From NCBI GenBank assembly GCA_905178155.1, contig CAJINV010000004.1:10337655-10401654 (forward strand): a stretch of 64,000 nucleotides of DNA, read 5' to 3'. This document shows, in pieces, positions 1 to 14,560 of the stretch. The position numbers and the translations under genes were made by a program. The stretch's first letter is position 1, and each line of letters opens with the position of its first letter. A model generated the notes under the pieces. The model was given only the letters and a program-made list of their open reading frames with translations. It was not told the origin of the DNA and made no database searches. The DNA comes from Amoebophrya sp. A120. Its lineage: Eukaryota > Protista > Dinoflagellata.

Positions 1-1376
1 CCTCCCTCTGTTCACGAAGAGGCCGGCAGAGGGCGCCACCATCCGCCGTCTCTGTCTTGGAGGGTGCGCGCGAGGGAAGCAGGCGGGGGCGCAACAGATT
101 GCCTGCGGGCTAACACGGGGGGCGCCGTTGTTGTCCGGGGGTGCTGGGGGAGGGTGGTGGGCCCCTGCGCCTGGAGGGCAATGAGCGCCCCGCCCCGGCG
201 CCCGTCCTCCATCCACGCGCGCGGCAGGGGCCCCAACGCGCCCTCGTTCTGCAAGGCTGCGCGCGGAAGAAGGGCGGGGGGGGCACCAAGGCGCACAGGG
301 GCGGGGCACACAGGCAGGCGGCGCGAACGGGCCACACCGCAAACGCGCGGGCGGGGCGTCACGCTGCCGCCAGCGCCTCGCATGGCGCGGCCTGTTCCCC
401 CGTCCACTGGCGGCCGCCCGCTGCCGCGCTTTGCGTTGTTGCTTGGGCCTAAGGCTTGCCGCCACGCAAACGCGCGCCCAGTGCGGGCGGGGCCCTCGCG
501 CTCGCACGACGACGGGAACCACGAGCGCCATGGCGCTCCGCCTTCGTTCTTTCAGCAAGACGCGGCGCAGATGCCTGGCCCCGCCCTGCATCAAAAATTT
601 TTTCCCTTGCCCCTCTGGCGTTTTTCTTTCCCCCCCGTCCACTCGTTCACCCCCCCACTGCGCGACATAAGTTGCGGCCTTGTATGCAGATACGCCACCG
701 CATCAGCTTCGTCGCAAAACATGTGTAGTAGCAGCTACACCGTTTTTTTTTCCACAAAAGCCGTTCTTGCCCGAAGATAAGTTCACTACTTAGACTTACT
801 TGCTGCTGCAAATAACAAGCATAACGGTAACTCTGCATTTCGCTGTGCAATAAAGCATAAAGAAACCACTACCTGTTTTTTATTCCCTGTAAGAGCTCCA
901 GCTCGTCTTATCGGCTCTCTATACGACGTTCTTGTAGTTTTTCCTATATCATAAATCAATAACGCGAAACAGAAACATAAAGTAAGAGAAGAAACGTAGA
1001 AAAAAACTTCCCATGCAGCGCCGGATCAGAAACCCGATACAGGTCTGGAGCCGCGGCGCTGCAATCAAACTAGTACTAGAGCTTTATTTTCGTGTATCCA
1101 TCAAATTATGCAAGAATGAGTTCCTAAGGAACTGTTATAAAAAATCGGTCTTACGCAGTGAGTACTTTAGTTCTTTAGTGCTTTTTGCGTTCATAAGGAA
1201 GATAATCAAAAAGAACGAGAACAAGCGAAACCAAACGTCCTTCCTTGATGCCGAAATGCAACATCAAATGAGAAACAGTCATATTTTTTATCGTTATGTC
1301 GATTGTACAACGGTCCAGTGCCCCTTGTTCCTGGACGCACGTAAAGCCAAGCACTGCCAGGAGCGTCTCTGGTGGG

Positions 1377-4300
1377 TTACGCGGAGTTACAACTATCAGC
1401 CGCACCCTCTCTGTCTCCATCCACTCGCACGCCGTCGCTCCCGAGGCAGACCGGCCGACCAGACGGGCTAATCGTCAGTGCTGTGGACGCCCGGAGCGGG
1501 TCCTCGTCTTCGGGGCTGAGCGACTGTTCGTCCGCAGCAGTTTTTATTGCGGTGTCGGCGCAGAAGGGTTTATTTTCGTGTGGAGTTGTTGTAATTCTTT
1601 GTTCGGACGAGGACCGCCCGTGAGAAGGGAGATCAAATTTATTTGCCACCTTCCCTCCTGGTCCCGGCGTCTGCTCGGCAACGTCTTCGTAACGGTAACG
1701 CCCCGAGTCGTAGTTGTTGTCCTCGAAGAAGAAATCGTCTTCGAACCCGTGCGCGGCACCTCCTGGCACGACGTAATTGTGCTTGGTCTGCAGCGAATTT
1801 TCCCCTCGAACCGGTACGAAGCCATGAGCGCCGTCCCGTATGTCGTGCAGGTCTCGGTCTTCCGCCACCACCCGGGGAGGCGTGCCCGCGACGTTCTGCG
1901 GGGGTAAAACGAGTTCCGGAATGCGGCTGTTACGGGGCTGGAATTTTTTGTCGTTGAGATGAGTTCGCGACGACAAAACGGGGGAGTAATCCACACTGTC
2001 CAAAGGGGAAAAGCTTTTCGCCACTGGAGGGTCTGTGCTCAGGCTGCGCTTGCCGGTGTGAAGAGAACTAGCACCGGATTGCGCGGCCGAGCGACGCAGA
2101 GAATCGGCGATCTGTATGTAGTTTTTGCGGAAGGGAGTTGACCTATTGAGTCGGATCTCGATCTGAATCTGATCATCTGTGACACAGTATGCATGACATA
2201 TATCGTTCGCTGCGTTGCCTTAACAACTTCAGCGAGTAACTCTACAAAGAAACACTGTACTGTGAGGTAAGACGGCAGCTTCATCGGCGAACGCATTGGA
2301 GAGACACTTTGCCGCAAATCTGTCGTGCTCGTTTTGCATAGCGAGTACCGCATCTGTAGGTTGCGCGGCGCGATCGACGAAGACACAACCTGCATTGAAA
2401 AAAAGGTGTTTGTAATTCTTGCAATTGCATGCAAGAAAGGTGAATGTGGATGTGCATCACAGCAATATACAGCTAAATCTTTCTGATAAGTACTGTGACT
2501 GCAGTGTCTGAGTCTGAGAAGAGTATCGTCCTGTACCGCATCCACACTGCCTGGCACAGCTCCGCCGGCAGCTACATTTCCCGTCCCGACCGCCGCCGGC
2601 TGCAAACGACTGCTCGCAGACAGCACACCCTTTTTCGACTTTGGTACGTAGTTGCTGTAGCTGTTTTGCACGGTCTTCGTCGGTCCGCGGGAGGTCTTAT
2701 TCTTGGTGTTGCGCGTCTTGTATAGCGGCGGTGACACGTCAAGCGTGAAATCAGGCTCTGCGCTGCCCTTGAGGTCTGCGTTGCTGCCGTTGGCCTGTCT
2801 TCGTTTTTGTGTTTCGAAAAATGTACACCGTATCAAATGCCTTGCGTTCTTTCGCTGGGGAATCTATCATCGGTCATGCAGTTGCAGGGGAAATAATCAA
2901 CATAAAACGGAAAGAGCACTCCCAAGTTCGTATACATCAGTTCCGAAGGCAAACGCCGGCAGAGGAGAGGATCGCGACGGCGTCAACATGCAAGGATCCT
3001 CGACGCTCGTGGTCGAAACTCCTGCATTCAGTGTCTGTAAAGAACCCAGAAAACTGCTGTCGCACATGGAGATGCAATCCTGCTCCGGAATAATGCTCGA
3101 AGGAACAACTCCAGATTGAGATTCTTGTCTCGCAGAGTCTCCAGCCGTGTCAGGCTTGTCTATTTTCCTCGCCTCATTTGATACAGAAATGACACTGGGT
3201 GACGCAACAAGCGTCAAAATCGTCGTGTCACTGGAGGAACAGGTAGTATGGCCTGCCGGACGCCTGTGCCGGTGCGCGTGCGACGACGTACGAGCAGTCT
3301 TTTGCTTCCTTTATGAGCTGCAAAAGTATCGTACTCGTATAAATGCATTACAAATTTCCTCAGCGTGACAAATAAAATTTGTAATGCTCATTTACCTTAA
3401 GAGAAAGATTTGTAAATGCATGATTGCACTACGAGTACGATACTTTTGCACAGGATATCCTTTGTGCGACGTTGATCTCCTGCTCCCGCTTCGCCTCTGC
3501 TTCGGACGCTTCCAGCCGCTTTGTCAGGAGAGGTACTAAATTCGGGGCGGGCGGCTCCTCGTCACCAGCACAGAATTGGACAGTAATAGTCGGGGGCTCC
3601 ACCAGCGGAGCGACTTTATTGTTTTCCTGGTCTTCCTTCCTTTCCAACTCCGCCGGCTCTACTTGTGCGCCTACAACAGGTCGAACCGCCGACGCCACCG
3701 GAACATCGTCACTCATCGTGCTTGTAGAAGAAGTAGCGTCAGTTATTTGCTTCATCGGTGCCGCGCTCTTCGCAGGAGTTGGCAAGCGGACCATCTCAAG
3801 AACACGCGGCGCCGGGCTCGCCGAATCTTCACAGGATGCTTGTTCGTCCAAGGTTGGCGTTGGAGCGCCGTTGCCCACCGCCACCTGCTGCACCATGCCT
3901 TCGAGACTGTCTTCTACCGGTGCTGTAGCGCGGCTGTCATTTACAATATCCACGTGTTGAAGATGAGCGCAGAACGCGGGTAGTTCTCCTGTTTGCTCTA
4001 GTCCTGCGTCCACGGAGAGTGGCAGAGATTCCTCGTTGCAGACGATCAGATCTGGGTCGAGGGTCGCGGTGATACCATCATCAAGCTCGAGCACTTCCAG
4101 TTCCTGCGTCACTTCCGCCAGCTCCACCACGCGCGTCGTCTCGACTGGTGCGGACTCCACTTCATCACCGTCAACAGCGGCTAGTGCGACGTTCTCGCCG
4201 TCCAGAACTCTGGATCGTCGCGTTGTGGGCGCTCCTTCTACTAGCAGTAACTCCTCAACATGATCAACATCTGTATCAACAACTTCCTGGACTGTCAAGA

Positions 4301-7300
4301 CAAACTCCTGCTCCGATAAAGCTCGGGATGTGTTACTACGATCCGTCTCGAGAAGTACCATCTCGTCGGCGGAGCAACTGGTGGGCGCATGACTAATCTC
4401 CTCGACATTAATGGCCCCCTCGTGCGCCTCCGTTAGTTTTGTGTCATTCGTGCTGCCTTGCAAGCAGTTGCAGAGAGACGAATCTTCGACGAGCGCACCG
4501 TCGACGGGCGGGCTGGTGCCTGGTTTGGGAATAAAAATTGGCGTCCGCTGTAAATGCAGAGAAAAGGCGGTCTACAGAGCTCTGTATACAATTTCATTTC
4601 TTGAAGATGATGCTGCATTCCTGCGCAACAACAGAAAAGCGACATGGATGCGACTGTGGAAGGTCGTCGGGTAAGTACTTACTAAACATGTGTCTCCGGT
4701 TGATTCAATTTTGGACCCCCATACATCAAGGTTCTATACATGTGTAAGCAGCGGCAACAGCTGAGGAAGTTCCGTTGCTTTTCTTGTTCTCCGTCACCAC
4801 TTCTATTTCGCCAGCCTCCCCGGCCGCGGCCACGGGAGACAAAGCCCGGTCCTCGTTGGTTTTATTTCCTTGAGCGACAGCTCCTCCCGTAGCAGGCGGC
4901 GTGCACGGAGTCATGTCTGCTTCGTCGTCGTGCAAGAGCACCAGATCCTCGTCCGACCGGTCTAGGCTACTGCTAGTCAACTCGACGGATTGTCGACGGA
5001 TCTGCTGGTGATGCGGTTCCTCCTCCCCCTCGTCCGCGCTAGAGGAGCTGCTGCAGGAAGACTGCGGCGTGGTATACAGCAGAGCATTGTTCACCGGCGA
5101 GGAGTTGGCCACCGTGCTGGGCGTCACACGGTGATGCGACTGCGGGTCGACGAGAAGATCGGTTTCTTCAGAGCAAACACCCTTGTTCGAAGCGGATTTC
5201 ATCTCGACCAAGTCGCGTTCCTGGGCTTTGTCGTCCTCCTCTTCGCGTGGACGAGATGGAAGAACAGCTGCTGGTGAGGTCACAGTAGTAGACGCTGGGG
5301 ATTTGGTATCTGCTGACGCATCAGCACGCACCTGGTGTCTTTCCACTGATCGCGCTAGCGTGAGGCTACTTTTCTCGCCACTGGCACTGTCTGCTGCCGG
5401 CGTGCGCTCTTCATTTGTTCTACTTCCATGGTCATGATGTGCAGCTGCACCACAGTTCATCTTGCCGGCTTCCTCAGAAAGAACTTTCCTCGAACATGGT
5501 GGAGCAGCTCCTGCGGCACCTGTTCTTGCATCATCGGCTCCACCTGAAGATACTACGTCATCGTCGGGGGATACAGGTTTGTTCTCCACTTCTTTCTCCT
5601 TCTTCTTTGTGTCTGCTTTTCTCGTTGTACTTCGACTTGTGGACGGTTCATCTGCATCTTCGACGTGTTCCCCGAGCGAGATCTCTTCTTCGTCCAGTTT
5701 CTTTTTCATCATCAGAGTCGCTTTGTAGTGCTTCCGGGCGCTGTGCAGAAACGAAAAATCCGACAGCGACCCACTCGCCCTTTTCAAATCCACGTCGAAA
5801 ATTTTGTCGGTCAAGCAGTACAATAAGCGGTCCCCGAGAATGTCGATTCTTTCGATGTGGTTGCGACTCAAGACGACCGGATCCCCGTTATCCTGAGTAA
5901 AAACATCCCCACACCAGAGTCAAGATGGGGATTTTGCAACACAAACCTAGAACTTTTGGGGGTCACGCATCACAAGTCGCAGTCCGTAGTGTAGTGCAGG
6001 TTCGCAAGGCCAGCTGCATCAGAAATCCATCTGCTTATCCTGTTTACAGCATTACAAATTCCAAAACACGACTAAAAATGCCTCTCCTGGCGATGCGCAT
6101 TACAAATGTTCCTGTCATTGCAAATCTGCATGACAACTCTGGTGTGGGGACGTTTTTACTCAGGATACCCGTCGTCGCTCGAAAAGTCGTCGTCATCGAC
6201 AAAATTTTGACCCCCGCCGACCTCGTCCTGATACTTGACCATCGAGCCGTTCGTGCCGGATTGGTTTGAGGAGACAAATGACCGGTGCGTGTTCAGCTTG
6301 TTACTTTCAATCGCAGTAGAACCACTGCTATTTCTTCCATTATCAAACCCCGCCGCGTCCAGGTCCTGTAGCGCAGCGGCGCTGGAGGCATCTTCGGAGG
6401 ACGATGCTGCTGCCTGCGACTGTCGCCGAATTCCTCCGCTGTTTCTTGGATGCACAATCTGCTGCTCGCCGTAGACTTCGTTGCGAATGTAGAGGTGCGA
6501 GCCCTCTTCGTAGTGGCAAGAAGAGTACATGCAATTACCCGCCGACGTGCTGGTTTTCACCTTGGTCCCGTGCAAGTAGGCGCTGCGCGAGGGGCTCGCG
6601 GCATGCGGCGTGGAGGACTGATGTTCCACCTGCGACGGAGTTTGCTGGTTTCTCGTGGTGTCCTCATCCCCTGCGGTTGGCGATGGTTGTGGTTCTCGTA
6701 GTTCTGCAGTAACAACACCTTCCACACGATTCTCTACCTCCGGCCGGCCCAAATTTTTTGGCACTGCATCTTTCGGCTGCGGCGTATCCGGAGCGACGAC
6801 CTCGGCGAGAACGATCTTTATTTCCTTTTCGGCCCCGTTCGGACAGGATTCGGCAGAAGCAAACGCAGCGTGGTTGTTCATGTTCTTCTCTCCTGCGCGA
6901 TTCGCCTTCGGCTCTGCCGCTTCTTGCTCGGGACTCAGCAGCTGGCCCTCGTCCGGGCTCCGCAGTTCCTCGGGAGACGGAGAAAGCCCGTGCTGCGGCA
7001 CGAGGGTCATCATCTCGCCCGTGGGGCCGCGAAGGTCCGGAGAGAGCGTGCAGTAGTGATCATTTTCGTCCGCCGGCGAAACGGGCGAACACTGCCGCGG
7101 CAGGTCATGCTGCTCGGCGGCAATGTCGTCGTGCGCAAGAACCGCGGGGTTTGGTGGAACGTGGATGTGCTGGTGATCCTGTTTGAGAGATGAGAGGACC
7201 TCGCTTTGTTCCGCTTCACAGGCCGAAGGAACTGCGGGGGGTCCAATGGCATGCTGCGCATCAGGACCTCGACCTGGCGCAGTAGTTTGATGAGGTTCAT

Positions 7301-10300
7301 TGTCATTGTCTTCATCCTTGCCATCGCCCGCAAGACAAACATCTTCGCAGCCATCAGCAGTTTCAACTTTCGCGGGCCGTGCAGCAAGATCCGTGGTCAG
7401 ATCGACTACATCAGCAGCAGCTGTATCAACGTCCACCCCTTCATCTTCAAAGGTCACACGGTCTGGCGACGGCGGGGTGATTTTGATTGTATCCCAGTTT
7501 TTCCCGCCTGTCATCCCACTTCCGACCACCTTGGGCGTGGGCAGCTGCCCCCGGTCGGTATCGCTGTTCGAGTTTTCGGATTCGTGCGACCCTTCCTCCA
7601 AAGTTTCCATTCTTTGGTAGCGACCGAGTCCCGGCGCGCGGAGCCCGAGATTCTTCAAGCCCCCGTAGTCGGACCGGAAGGGGAGGAAACTAGCGGTCGA
7701 ACAGCGGGTCCAATCTAGAATTTCGCCCGGGAGGTCTTCTGGAGCAGCAGCGTCCTCGTCTGTCGTTGCGCCACCAGGCTCGGAAACATTGCAAAGAGGC
7801 GCGTCGAGCTCGGGATGATGATTGTCGCTCTTGGACTCCTGCTCTGTCACGCACACAACGTCGCAGGGCGAAGGTGTGATCTCCATCTCGGCAATAAAGC
7901 TCCTTTCGTGTGGCAACAAAACCTGCTCTTTTGCTGGATCCGTTTCTGTTTGCGGCTCCTCTCCACCCCCGTGTCCGTTAACTACATAGTCCTCGTCGAT
8001 CATCACATCACTGGCAGTTTCAGCTTTCTCAACGTCATCGACGCACGGAAATGGAACAGAAGTGGACGGTAGGACTACCTCTTTGTCCGCATCATGAATG
8101 TCGACATCCGCGCTGCTACGGGGCTGACTGTGGGTGCTAAAGTGAAAATCAAGCTCAACCCCTCCTCCCGACAACACTTGGTCCTCCGCGTAGCGAGGGG
8201 TCCGGGAAGGATTCCTGCGCAGCATCTTTCCGGTCCGGGTTATGAAGATCTTTTGTCGCGACGGTTCTGCACCAGATGCCCTCTGCCCGTCTGTCGTGCC
8301 CGCTCCTTCTTCCTCCAGCAACGTGTCTATCTGGTGTTGGTCTTCGTTAATATTTGACGTGGACTCCCGGCTGTTTCTGTTGCTACTGCTCCGCTCAACG
8401 ACTCGAGCGGAACTGCCGGTGCTGGACGAGGTAGCAGCATGGCCATCGGAGGACTGGCCGACGCTCGGTCTGCTCGAGGCGGCACTGTAACCGGTACCCG
8501 AAGAATCTTCACTGGTATTTGTTGACCTTCGACGCACCATCTTGTTGGTTCCTGAGGACGACGATCCATTCGTCGCGGCCGAAAAAGGTCGTGCCTTTAA
8601 GTCTTCCGTTGTACTGGCCGTGGCAACTACATCGACGGATGATACAGTGGCATTCCCGGGTACCTCCATAGCGTTCACGGCAGGTCGGTCTTCGTCATGC
8701 GTCTTGCTTGCCCCGAAATTATCCAGTTTCGAAGCCACTGCGACAGAAGCCGCACCGCTCTGGCTTTTGCTTTTCCGGCCGCTCCTTTTCTTCGTCTTAG
8801 AACTACGAGAAGCGCGGTGGATTTTAGTGTCCACCTGGGTACTAGTCGTGCTGTTTTCCGCCAGAGCCCCCCTGTCCTGCGGCAAACACGGCAGCGTCGC
8901 AGCGCACTTGCTTCTCGACGATTTCGCCCTGCCGTCGCTGCTACTGGACGAGCTAGAGGAGCCACCTCCAGACGAGGACGACTGTGCAAATGGGCTCTCC
9001 AGGTCCCGCACGGATTCGGAGGTGACCGAGCGCTCACTACTCGCACAGGAAGAATTCGTGTCTGCATCGATGAGCTGCACAAAACCCGTGGTAGTGGAGG
9101 CACTTATGGGGTTCTCAAACGTTACATTCTCAACTGTTACATGAATTTGTCATGCAAAAACACCATCATCATCCTCACGATCAAGAAGCTGCTCCGCGTG
9201 ACAAGTTTGCGAAGGGCTAAGCCGCGCCTAAATCTGCGCCAAACTTGTAATGCAAAAGGCGCAATCTTCCTCCTTTCACTTTTGCCAGTCTTGCATTACA
9301 AATTCATGTAACAGTTGAGAATGTAACAATTGAGAGTCCCATAGCGCTGCTGCTTTCGTTCGAGCTCGTTCCGTCCTCCTCGCCAGACGAACGGCTTGCC
9401 GCGTAGGAATTTTGCGGCGGCGTGAAACAGCGCTGCTCGTGTAGTTGTTCCTCGTCATCTACATGTTCCTCGCAGGAGGAAGCAGACGGAGGGAAGCTAC
9501 GGGCAGCTGCTTCGACATTCCCAGCAGTGAATGCGCAGGAGGTGGTACTAGTACTACTTCCGGCCGAACGGTGGTGGTAGCTTTGTTCATCGTCTCTCTT
9601 GCTTTTTCGAGGAACACCCTCCGATGGTAGCAGGGGCTGGCGTCCTTCCTTGTTATCCTCATCGCGACTCCCCGAACCAGTCGCTTGTCCGCCAGCTGTA
9701 CTCGTCCTAGCACAGCCCGTGCTACTGCCTGCGCTGCAGCTGCTCGAAGATGAACTCGACGAAGCAGACGTTTTCCCCGAGAGGCCCACCTCGCACCCCT
9801 TGTAGTGGTGCCAGGAGGAGGAGACACTTCTTGTCAGAACTACATTCTGCTTGCTTTTCTTTCGCCCGGAAACAGAGCAAAAAGTGGTTATCGGCTCCAA
9901 ATGCAGCTCCTCCGCGGATTCCATGCGGTCGTTGAAGGTCGTAGAAGAAAGCCGAAGGGGTTGCGGGTGCTTTGGAGGACCCGCTCCACGTAGTTGTTCG
10001 TGGTGGTCTTTAGTCGTGCCGGCCTCTGAAGAAAAGGGGCCACAGCCTTGCGACCGGCGCAGGGAGGTGCTGGCGCAACCTTGTTCTTGCGCGTGCCCTT
10101 GTGGTCCTGCAAACAGTTCCTGCTGGGCGGCGCTCCGAATCGACGTAGTGCAAGAACTTCTAGACGCCTGCGATGTAGTATTTGAAGACCTGTGTCGTTG
10201 CAATAGTCTTTTCTCGTCGACGATATCCAGTGGCTCTAAATCTTTCCGCGCAATCAAGAACGATTCGGTCGAGCAGTGCCGTGGCAGATGCAGGGAGCGT

Positions 10301-13300
10301 TGCTGGCGCTGTACCGCTGGAGGAGCAAGTGCAACATCTCCAAGTCCGGCTGTTTTGTTTGCTTCGATGCTCTGCTGCAAGACAAGTGCTCCACGCGGTA
10401 TCAGTTTGGAGTGCCGCAGGTTCTCGTCCGCAGATGGCTCGTGCTTGTCGTGGCGCAGTTGAGAAGAACATGCTGCTGTTGCGGCCGCTGACGATTGCAC
10501 ATGTTGAGACGCTGTCGCTTCGGCAGGACAATGATCGGTCGAAAAACGAACGACAGAGCTGGGTCTCCCTGATATCCTCGGTTCGTCGACACAACTTGCG
10601 GGATCGCTACCAATCATTCCCGGCACAGCCACCTCTACTAGTGCCGCTCTTGTCGTGCTCACGCGTGGTTCGGTGCGGCGTGAAGTTGTAGACTGGTCCA
10701 ACAGCTGCAAGCAACTCTCGTCATTATTTCCCGTTGTACCATCGTCCAGTACCTCGTCAAAGTTCTGATCGCCCATCAGCGCATCGTATTCGGCAGCAGC
10801 GCCGGCAATGTCTGCCTCTGCGTAGCGGAAGTTATTGGAGCCGCAGCGGAGTAGTGGGAACCGAATCTCGTCGTGGCCGGGCAGGTTGGTCTCATCGACA
10901 TCAAGGATATCGTCCTGCTCCTCTTCTATGTGATTGTCGTGCGCCGCAGCAAGAACGCCTGCGGCAGCAGTGCCCCCAGAAGTCTCATCGTTCGTCGGTG
11001 CTGACGTCAGTCGCGGTTCTTTCACCTGTCCTTCGATTTGTTCGTGGTCTACCAGTGCGACCTGTTGGTTCTTTTTCGGCGTGCTGCTATCGGGACCACG
11101 GAGGTCGTTGGCAGCAACTTCGTCCTCGATGAAATCCACGTTTTCCAAAGCCAGCGAGTGCTTATCAACTGTAAAAGTGTCTGGGTCTGGAAACTTGTGA
11201 TGCTGGTTGGCGTATCATGAGGCGGCCACAAGTGCTGGCTCAGCATGACAAGTTTCTGAGCTTCGAGGTGTTGCCTATTCTGCATGACAAACTGCGTTTC
11301 TGCATGAATGAAAAACGGGGCTCTTGCGTAACGTGCATGACAGACTTTGGGGTCATGCTGGCAGAGCATGACAGACCTTCCATTCTTCCAGACCTAGACA
11401 TTTTTACAATCCATAGTGCTCCAAATCATGCAAAAACTCCTCTGTCGCGGTGAGATTCACGTTGGTGATTGTGTCCATCTCGGAACAAGGTAGAACTTGT
11501 GGCACGTGGACAGCTCCTTCTGCGGTATTTTTGCTTCTGCAGCTGCTCTGCTGTTGTACGAGCGATTCTACTTGTTTGCGAGGGGGCGTCGAGTATTCAT
11601 GTTGCTGCACGTCGATAGGTGTACTAGCTCCGGGAACAACAAGAGAATTTCTCTCGGCAGGCTCCCTCAGCCCTTCGACGTGCGAATGTCCATTCCTGCT
11701 GCCCCTGTGCGACTTCGTCTTCCCTCCCGCACTAGACGCTGATGACTCGGCGGAAATCCGGCTAAGCTCCGTTTCCAGCAGAGCGATGCTGCTGTGCTCC
11801 TTATCAAATGCAAAAGTGTCTGGGTCTGCAAGGTTGGAACCTGTGATGCTATTTTCGGACTCTAAAAAAATCTGTATTGCATGACCAGCAAGAGGAGTCT
11901 AGTTTGTGCTACGCGGGGAGGGCGTTTGTCATGCGAAGTAGGCATCAGGAAGCCGTCTAAAAATCTGTGATGTTAGGCCGTGCATTACAGACAACCTGGG
12001 TCATGCAAAACATGCATGAAAAATTTCAGAATCTTCCAGACCCAGACACTTTCGCATTTGATACTCCTGTGCGTCGTGCACTTTCAACGCAAAGCTGGCG
12101 TCTTCCTGCCACAGCTCGCTCGACGGACGGAGAAACTTCGCCAAACTCGCCACGGACGCGCTGTGCAGCGGCCGCTCCGTGCTGTTGACGCTCGACCCAC
12201 AGAGGGTCGGCGATTGCTCAGGATCGCTGTTGTACGCCTGTTGCGGTGACGCAAGCATGATGTTTTTACCCGTGAAGGAGGTCGAGACGGTCGCTGGGAG
12301 GGTGACACGCTCCTTCTTCAGCTCAGGGGCGGGAACCAGGCATCTGCGGAGGATTTCGTTTTTTTATTCTTTTCATGCTGATTTTCATTTTTTTTTTTCG
12401 TGGACGTGGAATAAAGATTTTTTCGTTCGATTGTGTTTTTCGATCATGTCGACCAAAAGAATTCATGTGAGTCGTAAAGACGACCCAAATTAATACAGCA
12501 AACTATCGTCCTTTTCATTGCGAAAAGTCTCGATCATATCGCGATCCAAAACGGCGCCGGGGGCTCTTCTGGGCGCCGGCGGTAGTAGCTGCCCATCAAG
12601 TAGCTCTGCTTCCGAAACCGGACCACTTTCTCCGCAACGGCGCGATTTTGGTGCCACAATTATCGGAGTCCTCATCGCGCTCCTTCTCGCTTTAATTCTC
12701 GTCCCGTGCTTGGGCACCCCGCATGCATCGCTTCCGTGGTCCTCTTCCTCTCCGGTGTTGTACTTATCCAGCATGGCCTCCATGTACTTGACAAACATGG
12801 ATGCCTGGTTCGCCAGCTGAGAGTCAATCTTCAACAGCATTTCCCTCACCCCATCGTCTTCGATCGACGTTGTACTGGCGGAGGCTCCTGCACAACTCGC
12901 ACTGCTGCTCGAGGAGGTGGAAGCGCAGCTGCTACGGTTCGCTGTACAACTGAAGGTGCTCTTTCTGTTCGACGTGAGAAACTGGGACTGCGATGTAGTT
13001 GTTGACTGATTGTTCTTAGAAGTAGTACTGATGTATCCCGATGTTGAAGACCCTGCTCGCGAGAAGAGGGCACTACTCCGCTGCCCTTGTCCGTCGTGTT
13101 CAAAATCTTCACTTCGATCGTCCGGCGACAGGTTATCCAAACAACTACGGTTGTAGGCCAACATCGTGTGATGCTTGTTCGGCACCCTCGCATCGGTGGG
13201 ATCAGCGGCCAGCACCCTGGCAGCTCTTTGTCGAAGATTTTTGCGCACTGACATCCGCGTGGGACTGAGAGCGGGGTCGTCCCCATCATGGCAGGTGGTG

Positions 13301-13743
13301 TCTTGGTCCTCGTGTCTTCTAGTACCTGCGAGGAAAGCGGGCGCACTTCTATCAGTACAGGAAGAACGGCCAACACCGCGCCGCTCACCTTCGTCGATGT
13401 CTTGCAACAGCGTCGGCAGGAGCATCACTTTCTTTTTCACTTCTCCTCCGGAAGATGGGCTAGTTGTAGAAGTTCTTGCACCACCAGCAGCTGCACCAGC
13501 AACTCCTACTTTCGTGGGCGACGCAATGCTCAGACTCCTCCTCGCAACCGCGGGCGCACGTGGGGGAGACCCAGACGAGGATATACTTATTGCCGTTGGC
13601 ATGGGGCTCGTCGTGCGGACACGGCGGCGAGAACTTGCAGTACTAGCCGAGGAAAATAAGCACTGGGATTGTCGAAGGTCGGCTTGGGAACAACCGGCAA
13701 CGCACGCCGCTCCACCGTCATCCCCCGGCAGTCGCTCCTGCAT
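1377..13743 (-). CDS. Very large multi-exon low-complexity (Ser/Thr/Glu/Ala-rich) hypothetical protein with 5 introners plus ordinary introns
   Basis: ORFs 12001-12258, 11404-11610, 9304-11148, 6156-9080 and 4726-5871 join in frame when introner plus one TSD is removed (e.g. SDDG|DPVVLSR, SSSA|STTTGFVQLID, LEH|SLALENVD); likewise 3429-4463 with 2897-3217. Links through ~12345-12500, ~4520-4730 and below 2900, and the start codon, are uncertain. Confidence 0.55.
3312..3457. mobile_element. Introner family D (146 bp), TSD TCCTT
   Basis: TIR tatgagctgcaaaagtatcgtactcgta / tacgagtacgatacttttgcacaggata; removal restores frame. Confidence 0.9.
5889..6167. mobile_element. Introner family B (279 bp), TSD CCCGT
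   Basis: TIR tatcctgagtaaaaacatccccacaccagagt / actctggtgtggggacgtttttactcaggata; frame restored. Confidence 0.92.
8078..9533. repeat. Source copy of 1456-bp dispersed duplication (second copy 27118-28573)
   Basis: Same sequence and ORF translations at offset 19040, including the family C introner. Confidence 0.92.
9105..9343. mobile_element. Introner family C (239 bp), TSD GCACT/GCGCT
   Basis: TIR tatggggttctcaaacgttacattctcaactgttacatgaattt / aaattcatgtaacagttgagaatgtaacaattgagagtcccata; frame restored. Confidence 0.92.
11163..11415. mobile_element. Introner family A (253 bp), TSD GTGCT
   Basis: TIR tatcaactgtaaaagtgtctgggtctggaa / ttccagacctagacatttttacaatccata; frame restored. Confidence 0.92.
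11802..12063. mobile_element. Introner family A (262 bp), TSD CTCCT
   Basis: TIR tatcaaatgcaaaagtgtctgggtctg / cagacccagacactttcgcatttgata; frame restored. Confidence 0.92.
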
Positions 13744-14560
13744 CGTCGTGCTTAGTGAAGACCAGACGCAGGCGAAAGACGAAAGGAATTCAGGAAGATG
13801 ACCAGGTTCCTGACAAAGACGATGTCGAAACAAGCACGACAAGTGCCACCAGACAGGAAGATGAAAGCTGCAACGGCAGACCGAAGGAAGACGACACTCT
13901 ATCACCACTAGGAAGTTGCTGGTGAAAGCCAGCAGCTCTGCCGAAGTAAATTTCAATCAACACCGACTTTAATAAATACTGACTTGCACAGTTTGCGCCC
14001 GGTTTGGAGTCGCTCGTTCCCTAAAATGAGAATGTCAGCATTGTGTGTTGATTCAGTGCACCGAAGTGGATGTTGATCCCTGGGTTGAAGACAGAAATTC
14101 TCCTTTGTCTCTCATCCAGACGAAATTGGTTCGGCATTAATCCATTGTCAGGTAAAGATGTTGTGTGTACTTTTGAGTAGAGATGATTCATTGTCTCCAG
14201 TTAAATTCAAGCTCTATCTCTAGAAGCAGAACACGCGCACCCATGACTCTTCCTTCTATCTACTGCAAAACTGACATTCCAGTAATCCGGGAGAGCAGCC
14301 GGAAAACCTGCGGGCACTAGTGCGGACTACTACGGTAGCTCGGTTGCCCAAATTACAAAATGTCTTCTTGGAAACTGCGAAACCGAAACCACTCTGTCTA
14401 GTACCGTCGTTCCTCTACCTAGTACTTAATCAAACAGAACGAAACTGTGTGATCCATTGAAACGTTAGACACTTGAACAGAGAAACAAACTTCGGATGCG
14501 ATTGAGTTTGAGAACTGATGGATTACATAATCCTTGTTCTCAACACTCTTTACAGCTTCA

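Noticed and set aside
1-780. GC-rich ORFs (64-780 +, 12-407 -)
   Set aside because: Arg/Gly/Ala/Pro-rich translations typical of GC-rich non-coding repeat; no boundaries or domain recognisable.
2831-3183. tatcaaatg...catttgata pair resembling family A ends
   Set aside because: Only a 9-bp IR, no 5-bp TSD, no family core, and the host frame reads through 3183.
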